Virus record (IMG/VR): IMGVR_UViG_3300032332_001939
DNA from: an uncultured virus (IMG/VR IMGVR_UViG_3300032332_001939)
Lineage: Duplodnaviria; Heunggongvirae; Uroviricota; Caudoviricetes
Direction: 5' to 3' (one strand)
DNA length: 64,000 nucleotides
Position 1 is the stretch's first letter; each line of letters opens with the position of its first letter. Of the stretch, positions 48,317-57,707 are shown piece by piece. The position numbers and the translations under genes are program-made. The notes under the pieces were generated by a model, which searched no databases, was not told where the DNA came from, and worked only from the letters and a program-made list of their open reading frames with translations.

Positions 48317-50572
48317 TTATTTTAATATTCTTGTTTTTTGAGGACCAACTTTTTGCATTATAACTTCTGGTTTAGGTTTTTGCGCGGGTCTGTTTTCAAA
48401 AGTTAAATCTGTAAATATTCCATTATCATTTAAATAAACATTAAATGAAGTTAAACCAGAGTTTGGATTCAAATAATTAGATAATAGACCATAGTTCATA
48501 CCAATAATTTTTAATGACAAACTTTTTTTCATATTTTTTTGAACTATATTTAATTCTTTACTATTTTGAGGTATAGACCTAATATCAACTTGTCCTGCAG
48601 AAGGCTCGTTTGTCGTAATATCATTTAAATTTACTCCATAAGACATAACATTTGGATCTGCAGAAAAATTAGTAAGAGAATTCATTGTTTTAATTCCTGG
48701 TTCAACATAAGTAAATGTACCTTCTGCTTTTACATATCCCATATAACCTTGTTCAGATGGGAATGCAATACTCATGGTCCCACCAGTTAGTAAATTTGTA
48801 AAAGTTAATGATGTTGAAAATTTACTAATTAAACCATGACCTAAAGCACTTAAAGTAGTACATGCTTTACGGCATATTTCTGAAGAAGAATCTTTTTCGC
48901 AAACAGTTTGACAGTCAGGCAGATCTTCTACTTGATATTCTGGTTGATTAAAATCTTCTTCTGCATTATTCCAAATATTAAAATTTTCATCAACTCTTAA
49001 ATAAGGTTTAAAAGCAATTAGCGTCATGCCTCTATATCTATCTGGTTGAAGATCCCCTTGATCATCTAATGTGTCTCTTAATTGATCTGCAACATCGCCT
49101 TCTATGTCTACATAAATTGGGCCCAAATTATCTATGCTAAAATTTTCTGTATTAGAAGATATATATGCTGGATTTCTTTCTATTATGTAAGTGCTTAGTC
49201 CTTGTGGAGTTGTTGGTAATGTCGCTTTTCCACCATATTTTTCCCAAGGTCTTGAGCCAAAAATTGGTTGAGGTTCATAACTTGTAGAAATATTATACTT
49301 ACCATTTTCACTACAATTTAAAGTATTCCATTTTATAGTTGAAGTTGGCGCGTAATACCTTCCAATATCGTCTGCCGCTGCAGAAGCTAATGACGCACGA
49401 TTTTGACTTTGACTTTTATTGTAATAACCAATAATAATTCTAGCATTACCATCTCCAACAAATTCTGCTATATTTTTAAATACTTCATTTAAAACATAAT
49501 CGTTCAATCCATAATATCTTACTTCAAATCCAAAAATAGCAAAACTATTTGATTGTAAAAGATATAAGTCAAAAGCTTGAGAATTATATTTAGCTAAAAC
49601 TTGGTCTATTCTTGAATAAGGAGTACTAATTTGAACTGGCGCATATAATATAGGATAAAAATCTTTTATGGGTTTTTGTTTAGATCTAGCTGGTTTTAAA
49701 ATATAATCAATATAATCTTGTTGATATGTTCCCTCTAAACTTTCTTCTTCTGAAAAACTAGAAATAGATAAATTTTTTGAAGTGTTATTTTGATCAAAAT
49801 TACTATTTATATATGAAGAAACTGGTCCTAAATTTATTGGATCTCTTAAATCAATACATATTAAAGTATTACTTAAAAAATCCCAATAAAAACCAAAACC
49901 AAAATCACTACACCAATTAGATAATACTTCTCTTAATGTACCTGTATAAGATGTTTTATATAAAGGATTAATATCAACGAAATTCTTAAAAGTGAAATTT
50001 GATATTTTTGCCATAGTAATTAGAAGAGAAGAAAAATTATATTTGACATCTGGTATATCACAAGCTTGATCAATAAATTCTTCATCTCCAACTACTAAAA
50101 GATTATTAACTAATAAATTTGGAGAATTCGCTACAGATCTAGTTACGTTGCCATTATTGACTGTTATACTAGAATCACAATTAGCACAATAAACCCCAAC
50201 ATTAAATGATTGAGGTGATTCATTAACCTTGTAATGCCTATTAGTTAAACCTACATAATATCTATCTAATAAAATTGAACCATCAACAAATGTACAAGTA
50301 ATAGTTTCTTCATTCACTGCAACATTTTTAGAATAAGAAATAAAATACATTTGTGGAAATATTATATCTCCAAATTCAACCCGATAAGATGTTGTTAAAT
50401 TTTTTTCTGGTAATACTATATTAGCGCCTTGTTGATAAACAATATCAATTGTTAATTTATTAGTATTTTCGCTATATCCTTGGTTTATTTGAGCAGAATA
50501 TATATATCCATTGGCAAATTTACCATAATCATAGTTTCCTATCTTAATCTTTTCTATAGATCTTATTGGCAT
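48317..50572 (-). CDS. Putative baseplate hub/tail protein
   Basis: YTGTLREVLSNWCSDFGFGFYWD hub-like segment; tail operon position. Confidence 0.6.
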   Translation of the reverse strand: MPIRSIEKIKIGNYDYGKFANGYIYSAQINQGYSENTNKLTIDIVYQQGANIVLPEKNLTTSYRVEFGDIIFPQMYFISYSKNVAVNEETITCTFVDGSILLDRYYVGLTNRHYKVNESPQSFNVGVYCANCDSSITVNNGNVTRSVANSPNLLVNNLLVVGDEEFIDQACDIPDVKYNFSSLLITMAKISNFTFKNFVDINPLYKTSYTGTLREVLSNWCSDFGFGFYWDFLSNTLICIDLRDPINLGPVSSYINSNFDQNNTSKNLSISSFSEEESLEGTYQQDYIDYILKPARSKQKPIKDFYPILYAPVQISTPYSRIDQVLAKYNSQAFDLYLLQSNSFAIFGFEVRYYGLNDYVLNEVFKNIAEFVGDGNARIIIGYYNKSQSQNRASLASAAADDIGRYYAPTSTIKWNTLNCSENGKYNISTSYEPQPIFGSRPWEKYGGKATLPTTPQGLSTYIIERNPAYISSNTENFSIDNLGPIYVDIEGDVADQLRDTLDDQGDLQPDRYRGMTLIAFKPYLRVDENFNIWNNAEEDFNQPEYQVEDLPDCQTVCEKDSSSEICRKACTTLSALGHGLISKFSTSLTFTNLLTGGTMSIAFPSEQGYMGYVKAEGTFTYVEPGIKTMNSLTNFSADPNVMSYGVNLNDITTNEPSAGQVDIRSIPQNSKELNIVQKNMKKSLSLKIIGMNYGLLSNYLNPNSGLTSFNVYLNDNGIFTDLTFENRPAQKPKPEVIMQKVGPQKTRILK

Positions 50573-50600
50573 TAACCTTACTCCTTATACCTGTCTATAT

Positions 50601-50606
50601 TTACAC
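50601..50606 (-). promoter_or_regulatory. GTGTAA motif
   Basis: Intergenic, 28 nt before ATG 50572, AAGGAG in the leader. Confidence 0.6.
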
Positions 50607-50608
50607 TA

Positions 50609-53587
50609 TTAAATAAATCTATAATACTCATTATTAAATATAGTTTCATTTTTAGCCTCTATATCCCCAGTTCCTTGCATCATGGTATTGATACAAGAGG
50701 TTAATAGATAGTTTTCATTCTTATTTTGAAAGATGCCATTTAACCAGATTCTTTCATTATTATAATTTAAAGTGGAATGATATAATTTTAAATTAGAACC
50801 AGTAGCTTCAGAAATGAAATTATCTTGAGTAATATATAATGCTCCATTTGTTAAATTTTTATTTAAATATAAAGAATCATTTTGATCACTTAAAAAGTCT
50901 TCATAGATATATACTCTACCAGATATAAAATCTTCTTGCGTCCCAACAAATAAATTATTTTGATTTTTATCTAAAGCTATACTTGAACCAAAATTACCAT
51001 CAAAACTTGCATTTAAACTCTCAATTTTTTTAATTTGTATCCAATTTTCATTTTGTCCAGTAAATATATATACTGCACCAGTTTGATTTGGTTCACTTAT
51101 TAAAGCCATATTTCCATCATTATTTAAAATAACATTTCCTCCAAAATAACAATTTTGTTTAAATCCTTTAATTTTTGCTTTTTGAGTCCAGTTATTTCCA
51201 TATCCAGTAAATATATATACTGCACCGCTATAATTATTTTCATAAGGCGCACCAATTAAAGCAATATTACCATTTTTATTTAATGAACAACTTGCTCCAA
51301 AACCTACGCTAGTATAAGGGTCATTTCCAATTCCAGTAAATGTTGCAGCTAATCCAAAATCATTTTGATCACCAGTATAAAAATATACTTTTCCAACAGT
51401 ATAAGTACCAAAACTTCCTGTATTAAAATTAGGAGCACCAACAAGTATAGTATCTCCAAAATAATTTGTTGTAATTGATTGACCAAAATAAGATAAATGT
51501 TGCTCTCCAGTAATTGATTTTTTAAATGTCCAATCTATTTTATCTCCAGTATATATATTAATTACTCCATTTCTATTGAGAGTATTTAAACCATCTTCTA
51601 TTGCGGTTGCTATAATTTGATTTCCTAATCCATTAATATTGACTCTATATCCAAGTACGCTATAATAATTTTTTCCAGTAAAATGTACGCCTGTGTTCCA
51701 ACCATTTAAATTACCAGTAATAATATAAAAACCACCCCTAGTATAACTAGTATCATTTTCATAAGGAGAACCAACAACAGCAAGATTTCCAGAATAATTC
51801 ATAGCTGTACAATATCCAAATTCATCAAAATTAGAAGGATTAGTATTTGTAATTAATTTTGAAACTCTATTCCAACTTAATCCACTTTTTTGAAAAATAT
51901 AAACTGCACCATTTACACTATCTGGATCTTCATATGCATTTCCAATAATAATAGTATTATTAATATTACTACAAGATATATTTACACTTTCTGTAGAATC
52001 TCCACCAAAAACTGAAAGATTTTGAATATCGCCATTTATTTGAATTTGTTTTTTATATTTAACATAATCTAATCCATTTATTAATTTTTGCCCATTTAAA
52101 AATGTATCATAATTTTTATTAGCATTTAAACCAGTGACGAAAATATAATTTCCAGTAGCAGGATTATTATTATCAAAATTTAAAATATAATTTTCTATAT
52201 TTGAAAAAGCAGATAAACTATAAGATACAAAATCTTTAGAATCTTTATCATATTTATTTATGATAAATCTATCATCACTACCAATTATTTGATAATCTCC
52301 AGAAGGTATATTTACTCCATTAAAAAATATTAATAAATTTCTATCTGTTAAAATATCTTGAGTTAAATAATTTTTACTTAAAATAGCATAATCTGGAATT
52401 TCCACTTTAGTATCAACATCTTTATATAATTGGACATTAAATATATCTTTACTGTCTAATTGAGGCGTAAATACTATGTAGTCTTTTGTGAATCTTGCAG
52501 CATAATCTTGATTGTATAGATTATATTTTATTTGTTTTTGTATTGTTGTATATTGCTCTTGTCCAACCACGCGATATTCAATTTTTTCTCCAGTAATTAA
52601 TCCTGTTATTCCAGATTTAACATAAACAATGCAACTATCTCCACAATTAGAATTTATTATTTCATTAGAAGGTACAATTTGATATCCAGTAATTCCTGTA
52701 CCTAAAATTCCAGTTGGATTTAAAAAGCCACTTTGTATTATATTATATTTAACTCCAGTTAAATTTAATGTTTCAATTCCATTTCCAGTTTTTATAAAAA
52801 GTCTCGAAAGTCCTGCGCAAAAATTAGCATCAAAGTATTCGTCAAATGCAACGAAATCATCTACATTACCAATAAATCCAGTATATCCATTTCTATATTT
52901 TCCAGTAGGTATATTTCCTATATAAATATTTTTATCTTGATTAAAATATGAACCAGTCAAGTTTAAAATCTTATTATAGATCTCATCTTCAATTATATCA
53001 AAATATGTGAACTCTACATTTTTATCATTTAATCTTAGTGTTCCAATGTTTTGAAAAGATAGCTCGCTAAGATTTGTTAATTTGTAATTTTCAACAGAAC
53101 TATTATTAATTTTTCCAGAAAATTCTAATGTTAGTTTATAAGCATCATTTAAACCCAAAATCATTTCAAAGGGATTATTATTTGAACTAACAGATTCAAT
53201 ATAACTTAAAACTTGAATTTTACCAGTTGGTATATTAATTTGTTTTGATCCTATTGAGAAATTTTTATTACAATTTAATGCACCGAAATTATAAAATAAA
53301 CTTAAATTATTTCCACTAAGTTGATTCAAAACTTTAAGGGTATTGGTTCCTTCAAAAATTCCAGATCCAGTAAATCCACTTTGTTGGTAACATGATACAA
53401 AAATTCCGGGATAATATTCACTATTAACAGTAAATCCACCACCTATTTTATTAAATTGAGTTTGATTTCCATATAATCTATTAGGAACAAAAAAACCAGA
53501 TATTCCACTAAAATCATAATAAATATCTAGTGACCCAGTATTTCTTTGATTTTCGTTTAAATATCCTGTTATAAATTCTAATTTCAT
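50609..53587 (-). CDS. Tail protein with LamG-like region and inserted FG-GAP propeller
   Basis: IYIGN..GFIGNVDDF; IFFNG/FLNGQKL repeats; FG....GAP..GAVYIF repeats. Confidence 0.75.
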   Translation of the reverse strand: MKLEFITGYLNENQRNTGSLDIYYDFSGISGFFVPNRLYGNQTQFNKIGGGFTVNSEYYPGIFVSCYQQSGFTGSGIFEGTNTLKVLNQLSGNNLSLFYNFGALNCNKNFSIGSKQINIPTGKIQVLSYIESVSSNNNPFEMILGLNDAYKLTLEFSGKINNSSVENYKLTNLSELSFQNIGTLRLNDKNVEFTYFDIIEDEIYNKILNLTGSYFNQDKNIYIGNIPTGKYRNGYTGFIGNVDDFVAFDEYFDANFCAGLSRLFIKTGNGIETLNLTGVKYNIIQSGFLNPTGILGTGITGYQIVPSNEIINSNCGDSCIVYVKSGITGLITGEKIEYRVVGQEQYTTIQKQIKYNLYNQDYAARFTKDYIVFTPQLDSKDIFNVQLYKDVDTKVEIPDYAILSKNYLTQDILTDRNLLIFFNGVNIPSGDYQIIGSDDRFIINKYDKDSKDFVSYSLSAFSNIENYILNFDNNNPATGNYIFVTGLNANKNYDTFLNGQKLINGLDYVKYKKQIQINGDIQNLSVFGGDSTESVNISCSNINNTIIIGNAYEDPDSVNGAVYIFQKSGLSWNRVSKLITNTNPSNFDEFGYCTAMNYSGNLAVVGSPYENDTSYTRGGFYIITGNLNGWNTGVHFTGKNYYSVLGYRVNINGLGNQIIATAIEDGLNTLNRNGVINIYTGDKIDWTFKKSITGEQHLSYFGQSITTNYFGDTILVGAPNFNTGSFGTYTVGKVYFYTGDQNDFGLAATFTGIGNDPYTSVGFGASCSLNKNGNIALIGAPYENNYSGAVYIFTGYGNNWTQKAKIKGFKQNCYFGGNVILNNDGNMALISEPNQTGAVYIFTGQNENWIQIKKIESLNASFDGNFGSSIALDKNQNNLFVGTQEDFISGRVYIYEDFLSDQNDSLYLNKNLTNGALYITQDNFISEATGSNLKLYHSTLNYNNERIWLNGIFQNKNENYLLTSCINTMMQGTGDIEAKNETIFNNEYYRFI

Positions 53588-53588
53588 A

Positions 53589-55736
53589 TTAAGTTATAGC
53601 ATTAAATTTTGGTAATAAAGAATTTTGATTAGAAATATCTATTTTGTCTAATTTATAAGATATTTCGCTTAACGAAGTCATATTATTATATTTCTTATTA
53701 TATGATTCAACAGCATTTAATTGAGTATTATAATTATAATTAGTTGGAACAAGATTATTTGTAAGAGTTGCGGCTAACTGCCTTAAACCAGATTCAGTAC
53801 TTGTTCCTATAATATCTTTAGCTTTAAATGTGGTATTAATATTCAATTTAGGTAAAGTTGTAATATCAAAGTCATTTATTATATGATAACCCTTAATATT
53901 GCAAGTTGGTTGATTATTCATGTACCAACGAGGAGCTTCTACTGATACATTATAATTAGCATCAACAAAATTCCCAGTAGGCATAAATCTATCATCATAT
54001 GATGCATTTGCTGAAACTGTGCCATTATTAGGATTTTGATCAATACTTACATTTAATAATCTCAAATTAGAGGGTACTACATCATTATTAAAATCTTTGA
54101 ATCCAGTTAAAATACTACTAGCGACACTTAATAATTGACCAGTTAAATTGCTTAAATTTCCTGTTGATAAGAAATATCTATAAGCCCTATTACCTCTTGC
54201 TAGAATATCTCCTTTTACTTGAATATTATAAACTTGTTCAATTTCATCTCTAGATATATTTGATTCATATTTAAAGTATGGATTAGGAAGATTTAAATTA
54301 TCAAAAGAATAATCAAAATTAATTGAATTTTCGCCAGTATTTTCTGTTACAGAATATTGGATTGGAATTGGATTGTAATAACCAGAATAGATTCCAGATA
54401 GTAATCCAGTTACATTTAAGCTATTTCTTAAATCATTTATATTACCATTTTTTGGACCTTTGTATTGTCCACGTAAATTCATTTCTATGATATTAGAATC
54501 TGCACCAGAAGTTATATCAAAAGTATAAGTTAAATTACCAGATGAATTAGTATTTAAAAGATTACTAGTGTAATCTTCTTGCACGGAATAAGTGTTATTT
54601 AATCTATCTATTGATTCTGAAAAACTTTGCAAATAAAATTTATTGCTTGCTCCAGATATAAACTTAGTAGTTGGAACATTTGCTAAACCAGTGTTAGATC
54701 TAACAAAAGATATAGCGTTATTTATTGCGTTAGATTTACTTGGATTTAAACTTGTATTGATTCCTTTTGCAGAGATACTATGAGATAATGATATTGTTTT
54801 ATCTTCATTTTCTGTAAAATTATATTCATTAGTTGGACTTATAACATTTCCAGAAACTCTTGTTGAATTTAATTCTATTGTATAATCTATTAATCCTGCA
54901 TAATTGGATTCATTGAAATTTATAGATCTTACTATAATGCCACTATTTTCATAAATTCTCTCATTAGAAAATATTAATTTAGCTCCACTAAAATTTCCAG
55001 AATCTGAACCAAGAGAATCAAAAACATATAATTTCCATTTTCCATTTGGATTTTTATTGGTAAAAATATCCATTGAAATAGATCTATTGCTTGGTAGAGT
55101 TATAGGAAATGGAAGACCTTCTTGATCAATATTAATTCCACTTGCAGCACTTTTAAATATACCACTTTGTGTACCATTAAAAAATCCAGTTGAATCTTTT
55201 GAAAAAATTAAATCATAATTTGAAAAAATTGGAGGTGTGTTTATAACAGAAAAAGTATTGAAAGCTATAAATACGCCAGAGTCATTTGGAGAGACTAAAG
55301 CCATTTTAATATCTGGATAATATGTATGACTTAATTTAATTAAATTTAACTTAACATCTGTTGGATTAAAATTTAAATTTACATCAAATTCTAATGGAAA
55401 TGGTATTCCAGTTTTTTCATCTTGTATAATAACTCCAGTAATTTGACCGTTACTATTTGTTCCAGTGAATGTAAAGATATTATTAGTTGTAGTAGGCACT
55501 TCTAGTATTTCAAAATTTCCAAAGTTTTGATTAAATATACCTAATAATCCAGTTTGACCACTTGTTATTGAACTGAATGGATAACAATTATTTGTTCCAG
55601 TAATTTGCCCATTTAAAGTTATTGTATCAGAATTTCCCCAATATTGATTATAATAAGTATTTTCTCTTTCTAAAAAAACATATGGAGTAGGAAATGGAAT
55701 AGTTTGATTATTATATTTTATAATTGTATTGACCAT
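53589..55736 (-). CDS. Tail/baseplate protein with inserted proprotein-convertase P-like domain
   Basis: LSHTYYPDIKMALVSP..NPNGKWKLYVFD..DSG....L.F; paralogous backbone with 55738..57654. Confidence 0.7.
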   Translation of the reverse strand: MVNTIIKYNNQTIPFPTPYVFLERENTYYNQYWGNSDTITLNGQITGTNNCYPFSSITSGQTGLLGIFNQNFGNFEILEVPTTTNNIFTFTGTNSNGQITGVIIQDEKTGIPFPLEFDVNLNFNPTDVKLNLIKLSHTYYPDIKMALVSPNDSGVFIAFNTFSVINTPPIFSNYDLIFSKDSTGFFNGTQSGIFKSAASGINIDQEGLPFPITLPSNRSISMDIFTNKNPNGKWKLYVFDSLGSDSGNFSGAKLIFSNERIYENSGIIVRSINFNESNYAGLIDYTIELNSTRVSGNVISPTNEYNFTENEDKTISLSHSISAKGINTSLNPSKSNAINNAISFVRSNTGLANVPTTKFISGASNKFYLQSFSESIDRLNNTYSVQEDYTSNLLNTNSSGNLTYTFDITSGADSNIIEMNLRGQYKGPKNGNINDLRNSLNVTGLLSGIYSGYYNPIPIQYSVTENTGENSINFDYSFDNLNLPNPYFKYESNISRDEIEQVYNIQVKGDILARGNRAYRYFLSTGNLSNLTGQLLSVASSILTGFKDFNNDVVPSNLRLLNVSIDQNPNNGTVSANASYDDRFMPTGNFVDANYNVSVEAPRWYMNNQPTCNIKGYHIINDFDITTLPKLNINTTFKAKDIIGTSTESGLRQLAATLTNNLVPTNYNYNTQLNAVESYNKKYNNMTSLSEISYKLDKIDISNQNSLLPKFNAIT

Positions 55737-55737
55737 T

Positions 55738-57654
55738 TTATACCACCTTATTTAAGTATTTAACAGACAGATTAAATGAAAAATTGTTATCTGAATCATA
55801 ACTATAGTTTATATTATCAATATAAGCATCATTTGATATAAGATTAAATGCACCAGATATACTTTTACTTTTAAGATCTGATAATGGAAAATTTAAAGGA
55901 TTACTCCAAGGATTTAATGTTGGTCTAACTAATGTTCCATTTATTGTTACAGTTTTACTTCCAATTTCAACTTGATTTCCAAAAACATATAATATATTTT
56001 TTGGATTTTTATTTGCAATGATATATTCTTTATACATATTAGTTGGACTTTGATCATCTATTTTCATAGATAAACTTTTATAATAAGGGTCACCCTCTAA
56101 GATAGAATTGTCATTTGTTTTTTCTATTGAATAAGAGAAGTTATTATTATAAGTAGTTTTATATGCTGTAGCATTTCCATTCCAAATATAAGCATAACTT
56201 TCCCAATTAATTAAATCATATGATATAAATGTTTCTTCTGCATCTACTTGACCAAGATAACTAAGAGCCCACCATCCATTAGCGCTATTCCACCAAATTT
56301 CTGGATATAAAGAATAACTTGGAGGACCGAATCCATCATTTCTTGCTGGGCCAATAAATTTAGTTGTTCCACCTGCGGATCTTAAATACGTACCATTTGT
56401 TAACGGTGCGTCAGTTTGATTGCTAATAACAATTTTATAAATATAATCTACTCCCAAATTACCAGCGCTAAATGAACTACTTTTTAATTTATAAGTTGGA
56501 TAATCTGTTACAGCTCTAGTTTTTGCAGCAAGATATTTAGTTTTTATGTTTGCTAGACCTGTTATCGAACCTATTTGGCCAACTTGAATTATTTCGCCTT
56601 GTTCAGAATAAATACCAACTTCTTGGATATCTTTGTTTACTGTTATATTATAAGTATTGATTACATTTCCTTCAAAAGCTGGATCATTAACATAACTAAC
56701 ACTATATTCTAAAGAATTATTAAACCAATCAGCAGTTTTTCCAAGATTAAATGGTTGAGTAAATAATGAGTCTTTTACTCCTAATCCATATTTCTCAACA
56801 TAAACATTAAATACATTTTGACATCTGGTATATGAATTTGCTAGTTCTGTATTGAAATAATTATCTGCCGTATAGTTTAAAGTATTGTCTAAAGCTTTAA
56901 TTTTTCCATTTTCAGTAATTGTTATTTTGCCATTTGTATCAAAAGTTAAGTTATGTGAAAGTGATGTTGTATAATTAGAATTGTAATTTTTATTAATTAA
57001 AATTTTTTTATTAAAAGAACATTTTTTATTAATAAGATCATAATTTTCAGAAAAATAATTCTTTTTATTTTTTAATATATTATAAAAACCAGAAAATTCA
57101 CCAATTAAACCAATATTTAGAGTATCATAATAAACTGAATTAGCAAAATTTTTAGATTTTGTAAACAAATCTGATCCATCATCATAATATTGAATATTAA
57201 TATTATGATTATAAGAATAATCTCCATTTTCTGAATTATCAAAATTTAAATTTTCATCTAAACTAAGTATTTTATCACTTACGCCAGATAAAAATGTACC
57301 ATAAATACTACCAGTTTGTATATTTGTAAAATCATTATTTTCTAATATTTCTATGTTATATCTATATTTACCAACTCGAATTGGATTTTCTTCTGGAAAA
57401 GATAAACTTGAAACTTTTCCACTACCCAAATTATATCCATTAATTATTACTGCATCATATCTATTGACTATTCCTGTTAATAATCCAGTAACTTTTGTTA
57501 ATGTTTGTTCTACTCCTTCTACTGCTTTTGGGTTTAATAATACTCCTTCAATAGAAATATTTTTTGTAGTATTTAACAGCAAGGTTCCTTCACCTAAATA
57601 ATTTTTATTTAGTTGATATCCTAAGAGAGTTGCATCTGTAAATGTATAAGCCAT
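55738..57654 (-). CDS. Tail/baseplate protein immediately after tape measure
   Basis: Position; alternating beta backbone similar to 53589..55736. Confidence 0.65.
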   Translation of the reverse strand: MAYTFTDATLLGYQLNKNYLGEGTLLLNTTKNISIEGVLLNPKAVEGVEQTLTKVTGLLTGIVNRYDAVIINGYNLGSGKVSSLSFPEENPIRVGKYRYNIEILENNDFTNIQTGSIYGTFLSGVSDKILSLDENLNFDNSENGDYSYNHNINIQYYDDGSDLFTKSKNFANSVYYDTLNIGLIGEFSGFYNILKNKKNYFSENYDLINKKCSFNKKILINKNYNSNYTTSLSHNLTFDTNGKITITENGKIKALDNTLNYTADNYFNTELANSYTRCQNVFNVYVEKYGLGVKDSLFTQPFNLGKTADWFNNSLEYSVSYVNDPAFEGNVINTYNITVNKDIQEVGIYSEQGEIIQVGQIGSITGLANIKTKYLAAKTRAVTDYPTYKLKSSSFSAGNLGVDYIYKIVISNQTDAPLTNGTYLRSAGGTTKFIGPARNDGFGPPSYSLYPEIWWNSANGWWALSYLGQVDAEETFISYDLINWESYAYIWNGNATAYKTTYNNNFSYSIEKTNDNSILEGDPYYKSLSMKIDDQSPTNMYKEYIIANKNPKNILYVFGNQVEIGSKTVTINGTLVRPTLNPWSNPLNFPLSDLKSKSISGAFNLISNDAYIDNINYSYDSDNNFSFNLSVKYLNKVV

Positions 57655-57678
57655 ATTCCTTTTTATTCCTTATTCCTT
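57655..57678 (-). repeat. Three AAGGAAT units in the leader
   Basis: Minus strand reads AAGGAAT AAGGAAT AAAAGGAAT ATG. Confidence 0.8.
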
Positions 57679-57707
57679 ATTAATATTTACTTTTTCATAA
57701 AATAATT

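Noticed and set aside
51913..51987. Internal TTACAC copies
   Set aside because: Deep inside a CDS (Ser-Val-Asn codons), not near any start; treated as chance
45910..52050. FG-GAP repeats as diversity-generating retroelement targets
   Set aside because: No reverse transcriptase and no near-identical TR/VR pair noticed; similarity is at protein level
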